A stretch of DNA of 20,696 nucleotides from a virus. A program made the position numbers and the translations under genes. Below the pieces are notes generated by a model. It worked only from the letters and a program-made list of their open reading frames with translations. It made no database searches and was not told the origin of the DNA. Location: IMG/VR virus record IMGVR_UViG_3300022699_000217, positions 1-20,696 of that record; one strand, given 5' to 3'. The first letter of the stretch is position 1; every line of letters begins with the position of its first letter. Below, piece by piece: positions 1 through 7,091 of the stretch.

Positions 1-1
1 A

Positions 2-73
2 TACGACCCGACCGACATCACGGGGCTGGTCGCAGATGTAGATGAAGTGGAGCAACCGGGACGGCTGTGGTGA
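2..73 (+). CDS. 3' end of an upstream gene (partial; ...YDPTDITGLVADVDEVEQPGRLW*)
   Basis: Open frame 2 from the window edge to TGA at 71-73, with mostly GC-ending codons. Too short to identify. Confidence 0.4.
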   Translation, partial: YDPTDITGLVADVDEVEQPGRLW

Positions 74-89
74 CTGAGTGCACATTGTT

Positions 90-118
90 TTGACGCACAC
101 CAGGCGCTCGGCTACGGT
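90..118 (+). promoter_or_regulatory. Candidate sigma70-type promoter TTGACG-N17-TACGGT
   Basis: -35 TTGACG at 90-95, exact 17-bp spacer, -10 TACGGT at 113-118 (keeps T1, A2, T6). Intergenic, followed by GAGG and ATG 134. Confidence 0.45.
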
Positions 119-133
119 AGAAAAGAGGCAACA

Positions 134-493
134 ATGTCGATGATTGTCGTACCAAAGAACCCCATGGCTGAAGGAAAGCCGTTCGCAGACCTCGCGGAAG
201 ATCCGGAGAAGTTCCGGCGCGCCATGCGGCGCTTCGTGCTGATCCTGGAGCAATCGTTCACCGTCGATGCCCGCTTGCATGGCGAATCCTTCGCCGCGCG
301 GCACAAGACGGAGACGGAGATGAAGCGGCGGGCGAGCATCCTGGGGAAATGGTATCGCAGCCTGCGGAACCTCGGGTACGGACACATTAAGACCATGGAC
401 GAACTCCCCAAGGCCCTACGCGCCGAACTGGATGGGGAAAGCTACACACCGCCAGAGCGCAGTCGGCTCTGGGTACCTGAAGGAGTGCAATGA
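134..493 (+). CDS. Hypothetical phage protein, 119 aa
   Basis: GAGG upstream of ATG; stop overlaps the next start (ATGA). No recognisable family. Confidence 0.75.
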   Translation: MSMIVVPKNPMAEGKPFADLAEDPEKFRRAMRRFVLILEQSFTVDARLHGESFAARHKTETEMKRRASILGKWYRSLRNLGYGHIKTMDELPKALRAELDGESYTPPERSRLWVPEGVQ

Positions 494-1431
494 TGTTTAC
501 CAAGAAGCTTACCGAAATGGTGCGACGGCAGGCAACGCTCGTGGGCAAGGGATTCGAGGCGATGACGCCGGAAGAACGTGCCGAGCTGGACAAGCTGAAT
601 GCGGCCATCGTCGCGGCCACGGAAGAGCCCAAGGTGGAGAAGGCCGAGACTCGGCTCACGACCATGACCCAGAGCGAATTCGCAAAGTACGTCGGCGAGC
701 GCGTGGATGCCGAGTTAGCGCCCGCCGAGCTGCACATCCTCAAGCGAAACATCGCAGCGGTTCGCGCGCAAAAGGACGAAGGCAAAGACGTGTTCGCCGT
801 GGAGCTCCCGGTTGAGAAGACCGAAGAGGATAAACTGGAAGCAGCGATGGCGCGCATCGAGGCTCTGGAAGCCAAGCTCACAAACAAGGACACTGATGCC
901 GCTGATGCCGCTGATGCCGCTGATGCCGCTGGGGAGCCTGGTGCCACTGACGCCACTGATGCCGCTGGGGAGCCTGGCGCAAGTGATCATGACGACGCGG
1001 TGTCCAAGGCGTTGGCTGCGGATCTCGCGAATGAGGCCATGACTGCTATCCTGACCAGGTTCAACAAGCTGAAAGAGAAAATGGACGCCGGCGAGATCTC
1101 CATGGAGGACGTCGAAAAGGCGTTCAATGGCCAGTGGGAGCTTCGGAATTTCATTGAGATGTCCGTGGCGTTGATGGAGAAGTCCGCGCAGCTTTCCTCC
1201 GTGCTTCAACCCATCGTCGACTTCGTCAAAAAGCTGGATGTTGATGCCGTAGCCGACGACAGCGCCGACGACAGCGCCGACGACAGCGCCGACGATAGCG
1301 CCGACGACAGCGCCGACGATGCCGATGCCCATGACACTGCGAAGGCGTCTATCTGGGCTGGCGATCTTGCAAAGGGACTCGTCGACGATGAGTTTAAGAT
1401 GCTGAAGGACGCCGCCGCCGGGAGAAGGTGA
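490..1431 (+). CDS. Acidic, helical scaffold-like or internal head protein, 313 aa
   Basis: AGGAG RBS. Coiled-coil-like segments (LEAAMARIEALEAKL) and D/A-rich linkers. C-terminal SIWAGDLA motif. Lies directly upstream of the prohead protease. Confidence 0.6.
   Translation: MMFTKKLTEMVRRQATLVGKGFEAMTPEERAELDKLNAAIVAATEEPKVEKAETRLTTMTQSEFAKYVGERVDAELAPAELHILKRNIAAVRAQKDEGKDVFAVELPVEKTEEDKLEAAMARIEALEAKLTNKDTDAADAADAADAAGEPGATDATDAAGEPGASDHDDAVSKALAADLANEAMTAILTRFNKLKEKMDAGEISMEDVEKAFNGQWELRNFIEMSVALMEKSAQLSSVLQPIVDFVKKLDVDAVADDSADDSADDSADDSADDSADDADAHDTAKASIWAGDLAKGLVDDEFKMLKDAAAGRR
895..977 (+). repeat. Coding tandem repeat (GATGCCGCT)x4 plus a 20-bp duplication GATGCCGCTGGGGAGCCTGG at 922 and 958
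   Basis: Read directly; encodes DAA repeats and DAAGEPGA twice. Confidence 0.9.
1252..1320 (+). repeat. Coding 12-bp tandem repeat (GCCGACGAYAGC)x5 plus a partial unit
   Basis: Read directly; encodes ADDS repeats. Confidence 0.92.
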
Positions 1432-1438
1432 GAGCACC

Positions 1439-2542
1439 ATGATGATCGGAATCTACAAGGGCGTGGACGCGGACGGGCATCCGATCTCATTCTTCGACCG
1501 CACGAACGTGGAGGTCTTCGAGGGGTTGTGCGCCATGTGCGACGTGGCGGCGGATGCGCGGCTGACGGCTGACTTGGCCAAGGTCGACACCCAGGCGCCC
1601 ATCACGCGGGTGGCCCAGGTGGAGGTCGTGCCCGTCGAGGATGAGGCCCTGTACGATCTCCAGCTCGCGGACGGATGCGCGGACGGCAGGAAGAAGCCGG
1701 TCGGCAAGCCCGATGTGGGACGCAGGCCCAGCGAAGGGCCGGGCTCGGTCGTCATCCAATCGCTGATCTTCGACAAGGAGAAGTTCTCCGCTGAGGAGGC
1801 GCGGTCGTGGATCAAATCCCACGATGGCTTCGGCGATTACGGCATGGAGGAAACGGAGAACTCGTATCGGTTCCGCCAGTACGACCCGGAACACTTCGCC
1901 CGGTTTCGCACGAGCCCGCTGGCCGATGGCATTCAAGCCGTGTTCGGGGTGGTCGGGGCGCTTGGCGAGGACGAGACGGACGACGATGACGACGATGACG
2001 ACGATGCCATGGAAGCCGCCGAGAAGGCGTGCGATGCGGCGGTTGTTGAAGCCCAGACCGGGGTCGCGATCCGAGAGTTCAACAAGCGGATCTCCGAGCG
2101 GGGCTTGCGACTGGTGAAGGCATCGGCCGAGGAGCGGCCCACCGAAGAGGGCGAGGAGCGCTTCGTCATGTCGTTGGTCCTAGAGCCGAACGACGGGCAG
2201 GACGGCGCGCCCATGAAGCCGGACACGCAGGATGACATCTACTCTGCAGAAATGGTTCGGGCCACCGCGCATAATTGGATGGAAAACTACGGGCACGTGG
2301 ACCTCCAGCATAACTGGGAGGCCCTCGGTAAGAATGACGTGGCCATCCTGGAATCGTACCTAGCCCCGTGCACGTTCAAGCTTGGCGACTACGAGGTGGT
2401 CAAGGGCACGTGGATGCTCGCGCTTCGCATCAAGAACGACACGCTGTGGCAGGCGGTCAAGGCGGGCGAGATCGGGGCGTACTCCGTGGGCGGCACCGCA
2501 CAGCGAGTGCCGGTCGATGCGGAGACGGAGGAACAAGAATGA
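1439..2542 (+). CDS. xkdF: Prohead maturation serine protease, XkdF/Peptidase_S78_2-like, with N-terminal extension
   Basis: C-terminal domain ERFVMSLVLEP..DTQDD..AHNWM..DLQH..ILESYLAP..VKGTWML..LWQAVKAGEIGAYSVGG matches the XkdF family. Candidate catalytic His at 2309-2311 and Ser at 2483-2485. Confidence 0.88.
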   Translation: MMIGIYKGVDADGHPISFFDRTNVEVFEGLCAMCDVAADARLTADLAKVDTQAPITRVAQVEVVPVEDEALYDLQLADGCADGRKKPVGKPDVGRRPSEGPGSVVIQSLIFDKEKFSAEEARSWIKSHDGFGDYGMEETENSYRFRQYDPEHFARFRTSPLADGIQAVFGVVGALGEDETDDDDDDDDDAMEAAEKACDAAVVEAQTGVAIREFNKRISERGLRLVKASAEERPTEEGEERFVMSLVLEPNDGQDGAPMKPDTQDDIYSAEMVRATAHNWMENYGHVDLQHNWEALGKNDVAILESYLAPCTFKLGDYEVVKGTWMLALRIKNDTLWQAVKAGEIGAYSVGGTAQRVPVDAETEEQE

Positions 2543-3561
2543 AGACGCGGACAAAGAAAGGCGCCATGCATCGCCTCGAGGACATGGACACGCAGTTCGT
2601 GTCGCTGGTGCGAGCCGGCGCGAACCGGCAGACGAAGTTCATGATCGTAAAACGCGCGGAAAAGCAGGTCCCCCCGGCGGACGCCTCGAACGAGGACAAG
2701 CGGGCCGCCCAGGAGGAGCGCGCGCGCAAGTACGGCATCGAGACGCTCGACGCAGCGGCCGCGCTGTCGTACCCCGCCGACGCGCCGACTACCGAGGATT
2801 TGTACGGCGATCCCGTCAACCTCAAGTACCCGCTGGGACGCACCGACGACAACCCGGACCCGCCGCGCATCCGGAATGCGCTCGCGCGGTTCGTGCAGAA
2901 TTTCGAGGTCTACGAGCAGCGGGCGTCCCATGCCAAGATCTGGGAGCGCATCGTGCGCGCCGCGCTGGCGGCAGGCATCGACGTCTCCTACGATCCCAAC
3001 GACTACCTGGACGGCTTGCTCCCGAGCGATCTCAAGGAGGAGCTGACCAAGGGCACCGAGCAACACAAGGAGCAACCGTCCGGGGCGAGCCCTGCGGATG
3101 CGAGCGACACGAGCAAGGACACCGATGCGACGGACGCCGACTTCCTCGCGATGCTGGATGCAGCCGGTGAAAAGGTGACGGGCAAGCTGGTCGATGCACA
3201 GATCGACGATGCCCTTCGCCAGCTCGAGTCAGCCCCCGCTGAGGCCCCCGCCGACGAGACGACCCAAAAGAGCGCGGAAAGCGGCACCCGGAGCGACGCG
3301 CCCTCCGATGAGGACAGTGCCAGCCTGCGGAAGCAGGTGGCCGAGCTGACTGAGAAGATGGCCGAAATGGACCGCGCCTACCGCAAGGCGCAGGATGAGG
3401 CCAAGCGGAACCAGGCCGCCGTGCGGCGCTTGCGCGCCAGCATCGGGAAGGCCAGCGCCATTTCCTACGGAGAGATCGAGGAGTCCGACTCCGCGCACCG
3501 TAGTGGACGCGCCCCGCTGTGGGGCGGCGACTTGGCCGCAGAAGCGAGCCGGGAAGAATAA
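2539..3561 (+). CDS. Capsid scaffold-like protein (340 aa): N-terminal FVSLV..GAN segment, DUF6582-like domain, acidic linker, coiled coil, C-terminal LWGGDLA
   Basis: ATG 2539 overlaps the protease stop (ATGA) and has a GGAGG RBS, preferred over the track start at 2368. Coiled coil SLRKQVAELTEKMAEMDRAYRKAQ. Immediately upstream of the major capsid gene. Confidence 0.75.
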   Translation: MKTRTKKGAMHRLEDMDTQFVSLVRAGANRQTKFMIVKRAEKQVPPADASNEDKRAAQEERARKYGIETLDAAAALSYPADAPTTEDLYGDPVNLKYPLGRTDDNPDPPRIRNALARFVQNFEVYEQRASHAKIWERIVRAALAAGIDVSYDPNDYLDGLLPSDLKEELTKGTEQHKEQPSGASPADASDTSKDTDATDADFLAMLDAAGEKVTGKLVDAQIDDALRQLESAPAEAPADETTQKSAESGTRSDAPSDEDSASLRKQVAELTEKMAEMDRAYRKAQDEAKRNQAAVRRLRASIGKASAISYGEIEESDSAHRSGRAPLWGGDLAAEASREE

Positions 3562-3597
3562 CCCGACCGGGAGGGTCGGCATCAACGGAGTTTTACA

Positions 3598-4533
3598 ATG
3601 GAATCCAACAAGAGCATCATGGCGAAAGCCGACATCGAAGTTTCCGACCTCATCACTGATGGCGGATACCTGCTTTCCGAGCAGAGCAAGAAGTTCATCG
3701 TCGACGCAATCAAGCAGAGCGTCGTGCTCAAGCTCATCAAGGTCGAGGGCATCAAGTCCCACACCAAGCTGATCGACAAGGTCGGCTTGAACGGGCGCGT
3801 CCTCCGCCCCGGGACGAGCGGCGTTGCCCTTTCGGCGGCCGACCGTGCCCAGCCCGTGACCGATCAGGTCACGCTCACCACGAAGCTGATGAAGGGCGAA
3901 ATCCGCCTCAACGACGAGGTCCTCGAGGACCAGATCGAGAACGGCACCTTCAAGCAAACCGTCATGTCCATGATGTCCGAGCAGGTCGGCCTGGATCTCG
4001 ACGAGCTGGCCGTGAACGGCGACACCACGTCGGCCGATGCGTTCCTCGCCCAGTTCAACGGCCTCCTGGCCCTCGCGACCACCCACGTGGTCAATGCTGG
4101 GACCGTGCCGCTGGCCAAGTCGCATCTCAAAGCGGCGCTCAAGGCGCTCCCGAGCCAGTACAACCGCTTCCGGGCGCAGCAGCGCTTCCTCACGTCCGAG
4201 GACGCCGAGCTGGACTATCGGGACTACCTGGCCGACCGTGGCACCGTGCTCGGCGACAAGATGATCGAGGGCGACTCCCCCGTCAAGTACGGCGGCCGCC
4301 CCATCCTCCCCATCCCGGTGTTCCCCGACGACCTGGCGATCACCACGGACTGCACCAACGTGCTCCTGATGGACCCCAAGAACGCGTATTTCGGCTTCTG
4401 GCGGAACGTCAAGATCGAGACCGATCGCGACATCTCCACCGGCGAGTGGATCATGGTTGCGACGGTGCGCGCCGGGCTCCAGTACGTCGAGGAAGACGCC
4501 GTCGTCAAAATCATCAACGTCAAGACTCAGTAA
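3598..4533 (+). CDS. Major capsid protein, HK97 fold, XkdG-like, 311 aa
   Basis: DL..GGYLLSEQSKKFI, IDKVGLNGRVLRP, LEDQIE, DLDELAVNGD, NGLL, MDPKN..FG..RNVKIETDRD and YVEEDAVV motifs. Strong C-ending codon bias and GGAG RBS. Confidence 0.93.
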   Translation: MESNKSIMAKADIEVSDLITDGGYLLSEQSKKFIVDAIKQSVVLKLIKVEGIKSHTKLIDKVGLNGRVLRPGTSGVALSAADRAQPVTDQVTLTTKLMKGEIRLNDEVLEDQIENGTFKQTVMSMMSEQVGLDLDELAVNGDTTSADAFLAQFNGLLALATTHVVNAGTVPLAKSHLKAALKALPSQYNRFRAQQRFLTSEDAELDYRDYLADRGTVLGDKMIEGDSPVKYGGRPILPIPVFPDDLAITTDCTNVLLMDPKNAYFGFWRNVKIETDRDISTGEWIMVATVRAGLQYVEEDAVVKIINVKTQ

Positions 4534-4590
4534 TAGGAGCGGTTGACGGAGCGAGAAACACGGCGATAGCCGAGAACAAGGAGTTTTGAC

Positions 4591-5304
4591 ATGGCAGTAA
4601 CAGTAGTCCCCGTTGACCACTTCAGTGGAAACAGGGCAATCACCAATAATCCCAGTGGGGATGACACGCGCGACCTGCGTGGGATTCTCAACGAAGCCAT
4701 CGCGCAGGCGAACACCAACGAGACCAACATCGCCGGGCTCGGCACGCCCTTCGATTACAAGGGCGCTATCGCGGCAGCCGCGGATTTCCCGACGGCCGCG
4801 TTGGTCGAGGATGGGTGGACCTACCTCATCACCGCCGACGTCGTGGATAACGACGCCACCAAGACGAATACCGGCGACGCCTTCAAAGAGGGCGACGAGA
4901 TCGTCTGGAACGGCACCGACTGGACGCGTATCGGACGCAAGGTCACGGAGTTGGCTCACAGCGACGAGCAGGCAGCCGCCGCGACCGCTACGACCTTCGC
5001 TTTCATGGCGATGCGTGCGGGCAAGATCAACGACGTGATCGCCGTAGCGGAGACCGCAGCGGCGGCGGGCGAGGACATGGCGATCGACGTCCAGATCAAC
5101 GGCGCCACGTGCCTGACCTCGGCAATCGTGCTCGACGACTCCGCGGGCACCACGGCGCAGGTGGGCACCGTCGACACGGCGGCGAACACTTTGGCGCGCG
5201 GCGACATCGTGACCATCGTGCGGACGTACACCGCGGGCGGTGCGCCGACCCCGATGGCGAACACGCACTGTGGCATCGCGTGGGAAGAGACGCTGCCGGT
5301 CTAA
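4591..5304 (+). CDS. Putative head fibre or decoration protein, 237 aa
   Basis: Follows the capsid gene with a strong RBS. Short coiled segment, YKG..P..GWTY..GDEIVWNGTDW..IG fibre module, C-terminal beta-sandwich (IDVQINGA..LARGDIVTI). Confidence 0.6.
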   Translation: MAVTVVPVDHFSGNRAITNNPSGDDTRDLRGILNEAIAQANTNETNIAGLGTPFDYKGAIAAAADFPTAALVEDGWTYLITADVVDNDATKTNTGDAFKEGDEIVWNGTDWTRIGRKVTELAHSDEQAAAATATTFAFMAMRAGKINDVIAVAETAAAAGEDMAIDVQINGATCLTSAIVLDDSAGTTAQVGTVDTAANTLARGDIVTIVRTYTAGGAPTPMANTHCGIAWEETLPV

Positions 5305-5360
5305 TGGCGGCGCTGTAAGGACAGGGACTTTTACAGCCCCACGGGGCGAGGAGATTTGAA

Positions 5361-5723
5361 ATGGCAATCGGAGCAATGACAATCGTGAACCGTGTCGACT
5401 ACGGCAAAGGCGAGAAAAACTTCAAGGTGTCCTTCGCGGGTGACGGCGCCTACCCCACCGGCGGCACAGCGGGCGCCGACGTGCTCGCGGCCCTGCGGCT
5501 CGCCATCAAGACGGCGGCTGGGGCGGCCGGTGATGCCAATGTGCGCGGCTCTGAGGCCGTCACCATCAAGGAAATCATCGGAAGCGATTGCGGGCAGTAC
5601 GAGCCCTATTGGGTCGGCGGCAAGCTCAAGGTGCTGGACGGCGGGCACGCGACGCGCAACGAAGTCGCCAACGGGACGAACCTGGCTGGAACCACGTTCA
5701 ACGTGGATTTCATCTGCGACTGA
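5361..5723 (+). CDS. Putative capsid decoration protein, copy A, 120 aa
   Basis: GD..YPTGG motif typical of small post-capsid proteins. Strong RBS, biased codons. Paralog of 5800-6180. Confidence 0.65.
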   Translation: MAIGAMTIVNRVDYGKGEKNFKVSFAGDGAYPTGGTAGADVLAALRLAIKTAAGAAGDANVRGSEAVTIKEIIGSDCGQYEPYWVGGKLKVLDGGHATRNEVANGTNLAGTTFNVDFICD

Positions 5724-5732
5724 CGGACCGAC

Positions 5733-5788
5733 GGGTGCGGGCTTGCCGCGTTTACTGGAGCGGCCGGCTCGCACCCATCCTTCTTTTT
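5733..5788 (+). terminator. Intrinsic terminator-like hairpin with pyrimidine tract
   Basis: GGGTGCGGGCT-T-GCCGC pairs with GCGGC-C-GGCTCGCACCC (5733-5776, with G-U pairs and one mismatch), followed by ATCCTTCTTTTT. Confidence 0.65.
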
Positions 5789-5799
5789 AAGGAGCGTGC

Positions 5800-6180
5800 A
5801 TGGTTCCCCCGGCGACCCCAGGAATCGGAGCGATCACCATTAATGAGCGCGTGGATTACGGGCGCGGGGAGAAGACGTTCATGTGCTCCTTCCAGGGCGA
5901 TGGCGTTTACCCAACAGGCGGGACGGCGGGCGCGGATGTCACAAAGGCGCTGCGGGACGCGATTGCGCTCGAAGCGCTGACTGCGCTGGATTCGTCCGTG
6001 CGCGGCCCAGAAGCCGTCACCATCAAGGATGTTATCAGCGGCGACTGCGGGCGATACGAGGCGTATTGGGTGGACGGCAAGCTCAAGGTGTTAAACGGCG
6101 GCAGTGCGACCAGGGCGGAGGTGCTGAACGGGGCTAATCTCGGCGGCGATACGTTCAACCTGGCGTTTATCTGCGATTGA
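5800..6180 (+). CDS. Putative capsid decoration protein, copy B, 126 aa
   Basis: AAGGAG RBS. Ungapped hand alignment to 5361-5723 gives 81/118 identical residues. Confidence 0.65.
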   Translation: MVPPATPGIGAITINERVDYGRGEKTFMCSFQGDGVYPTGGTAGADVTKALRDAIALEALTALDSSVRGPEAVTIKDVISGDCGRYEAYWVDGKLKVLNGGSATRAEVLNGANLGGDTFNLAFICD

Positions 6181-6226
6181 TCGCACAATGGCGATGGCGA
6201 TTGTGCCAGTGTAGTAGGAGCAAAAG

Positions 6227-6748
6227 ATGATCACAGCAGCAAGACTGAAAGCGTATAACCCTCGGATGGGGAGCAGGATGCGGTCGTACACCAGCGCTCG
6301 GGGCAACCGCTATGTCGCGGGCGACGGCGTGGTTCCCAGCCCGTGGCGGCTTGTGAAAAACCAGGCGGAAATCGCGGAGATCACGGCGATGCCGCAGTTC
6401 GAGATCCGGCAGTTTGAGGATCAGGCGCATTTCGAGGCCCATATCATCAACGAGATGGAAGCGGACGTCCGGCTGGGCCGACCAGCGGTCCGCGCATCGG
6501 TGCACCGGGACGAGGCCGTTATCCCCATGAGCCGGGAGGCGGACGAGGCGCGCAAGGCGGACGCGAAGGAAGAGGCCGTGCGGCGCGCGTCCCAGCTTCT
6601 GCGCCCGACCCCGGTCGGCGATCCGGTCGTGGCGCCCGAGCCCGAGCCGGAGCCGGAGCCCGTGTCGATGAAGGCCGAGGAGCCGGAGCCAGCGCCCGAG
6701 CCGAAGAAGAGCAAGCGGTCCCCGGCACGGCGGAAGAAGAAAGCTTGA
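6227..6748 (+). CDS. Hypothetical head-associated protein, 173 aa; possible YqbF-like N-terminus, (PE)n linker, basic C-terminus
   Basis: AGGAG RBS. RL..SY..GNRY..G..V..PQFEI pattern loosely resembles YqbF. Ends KKSKRSPARRKKKA. Confidence 0.55.
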   Translation: MITAARLKAYNPRMGSRMRSYTSARGNRYVAGDGVVPSPWRLVKNQAEIAEITAMPQFEIRQFEDQAHFEAHIINEMEADVRLGRPAVRASVHRDEAVIPMSREADEARKADAKEEAVRRASQLLRPTPVGDPVVAPEPEPEPEPVSMKAEEPEPAPEPKKSKRSPARRKKKA

Positions 6749-6800
6749 CCGAAACCCGCAGGGCAACCTGCCAGATGTAGATGCAGCAAGGAACAGGACC

Positions 6801-7064
6801 ATGGACGAAATTAAGCCGCGTGGAGCGGCCTACAAGGAAACGGCGAACCTCTCGTTCGCTGCGTTCGCGTACATGAAGGGGATGCGGATCATCCGCGCCT
6901 CGGAGCGACGCGGGCGAGGGAACGTGGAGTACTCGTTTGGGTTTGACGATGCCGAAGATCACTGGGATGCCATTCTGTTTGAATTCGCAAATAGCGAGGC
7001 GTCCCGGTTCGACAACGCCGTGCGAACCCTGAAACAACTTTGTAAGCGCAACGGCCACGGCTGA
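6801..7064 (+). CDS. DUF5659-like small phage protein, 87 aa
   Basis: ETANLSFAAFAYMKGMRII...YSFGFD resembles the DUF5659 pattern (t.dl.lAAyl...G..l...F.F). AGGA RBS. Confidence 0.6.
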   Translation: MDEIKPRGAAYKETANLSFAAFAYMKGMRIIRASERRGRGNVEYSFGFDDAEDHWDAILFEFANSEASRFDNAVRTLKQLCKRNGHG

Positions 7065-7091
7065 CGCGCTGCGTGAGCGGAGGCCCCGTCG

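Noticed and set aside
895-1320. Tandem repeats as a CRISPR array or replication iterons
   Set aside because: Short in-frame coding repeats with no unique spacers and no cas or rep genes.
2368-2542. Programmed -1 frameshift fusing protease and scaffold
   Set aside because: I found no classic slippery heptamer in the overlap; an ATGA overlap with a GGAGG RBS explains the junction.
4543-4572. TTGACG after the capsid gene as an internal promoter
   Set aside because: No acceptable -10 hexamer at 16-18 bp spacing.
4531-4593. Read-through fusion of the capsid protein to the in-frame 4591 protein
   Set aside because: Three in-frame stops (TAA, TAG, later TAG) intervene, and 4591 has its own strong RBS.
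3229-5382. 717-aa minus-strand ORF, and other long minus-strand or alternative-frame ORFs such as 19484-20602, 11343-12230 and 14364-15266
   Set aside because: They shadow well-supported + strand genes; high GC and codon bias suppress antisense stops, and the translations have no recognisable motifs.
6758-6771. GCAGG-GCAA-CCTGC GNRA hairpin as a boxB-like site, riboswitch or terminator
   Set aside because: Only a 5-bp stem, with no U-tract, boxA or larger conserved structure evident.
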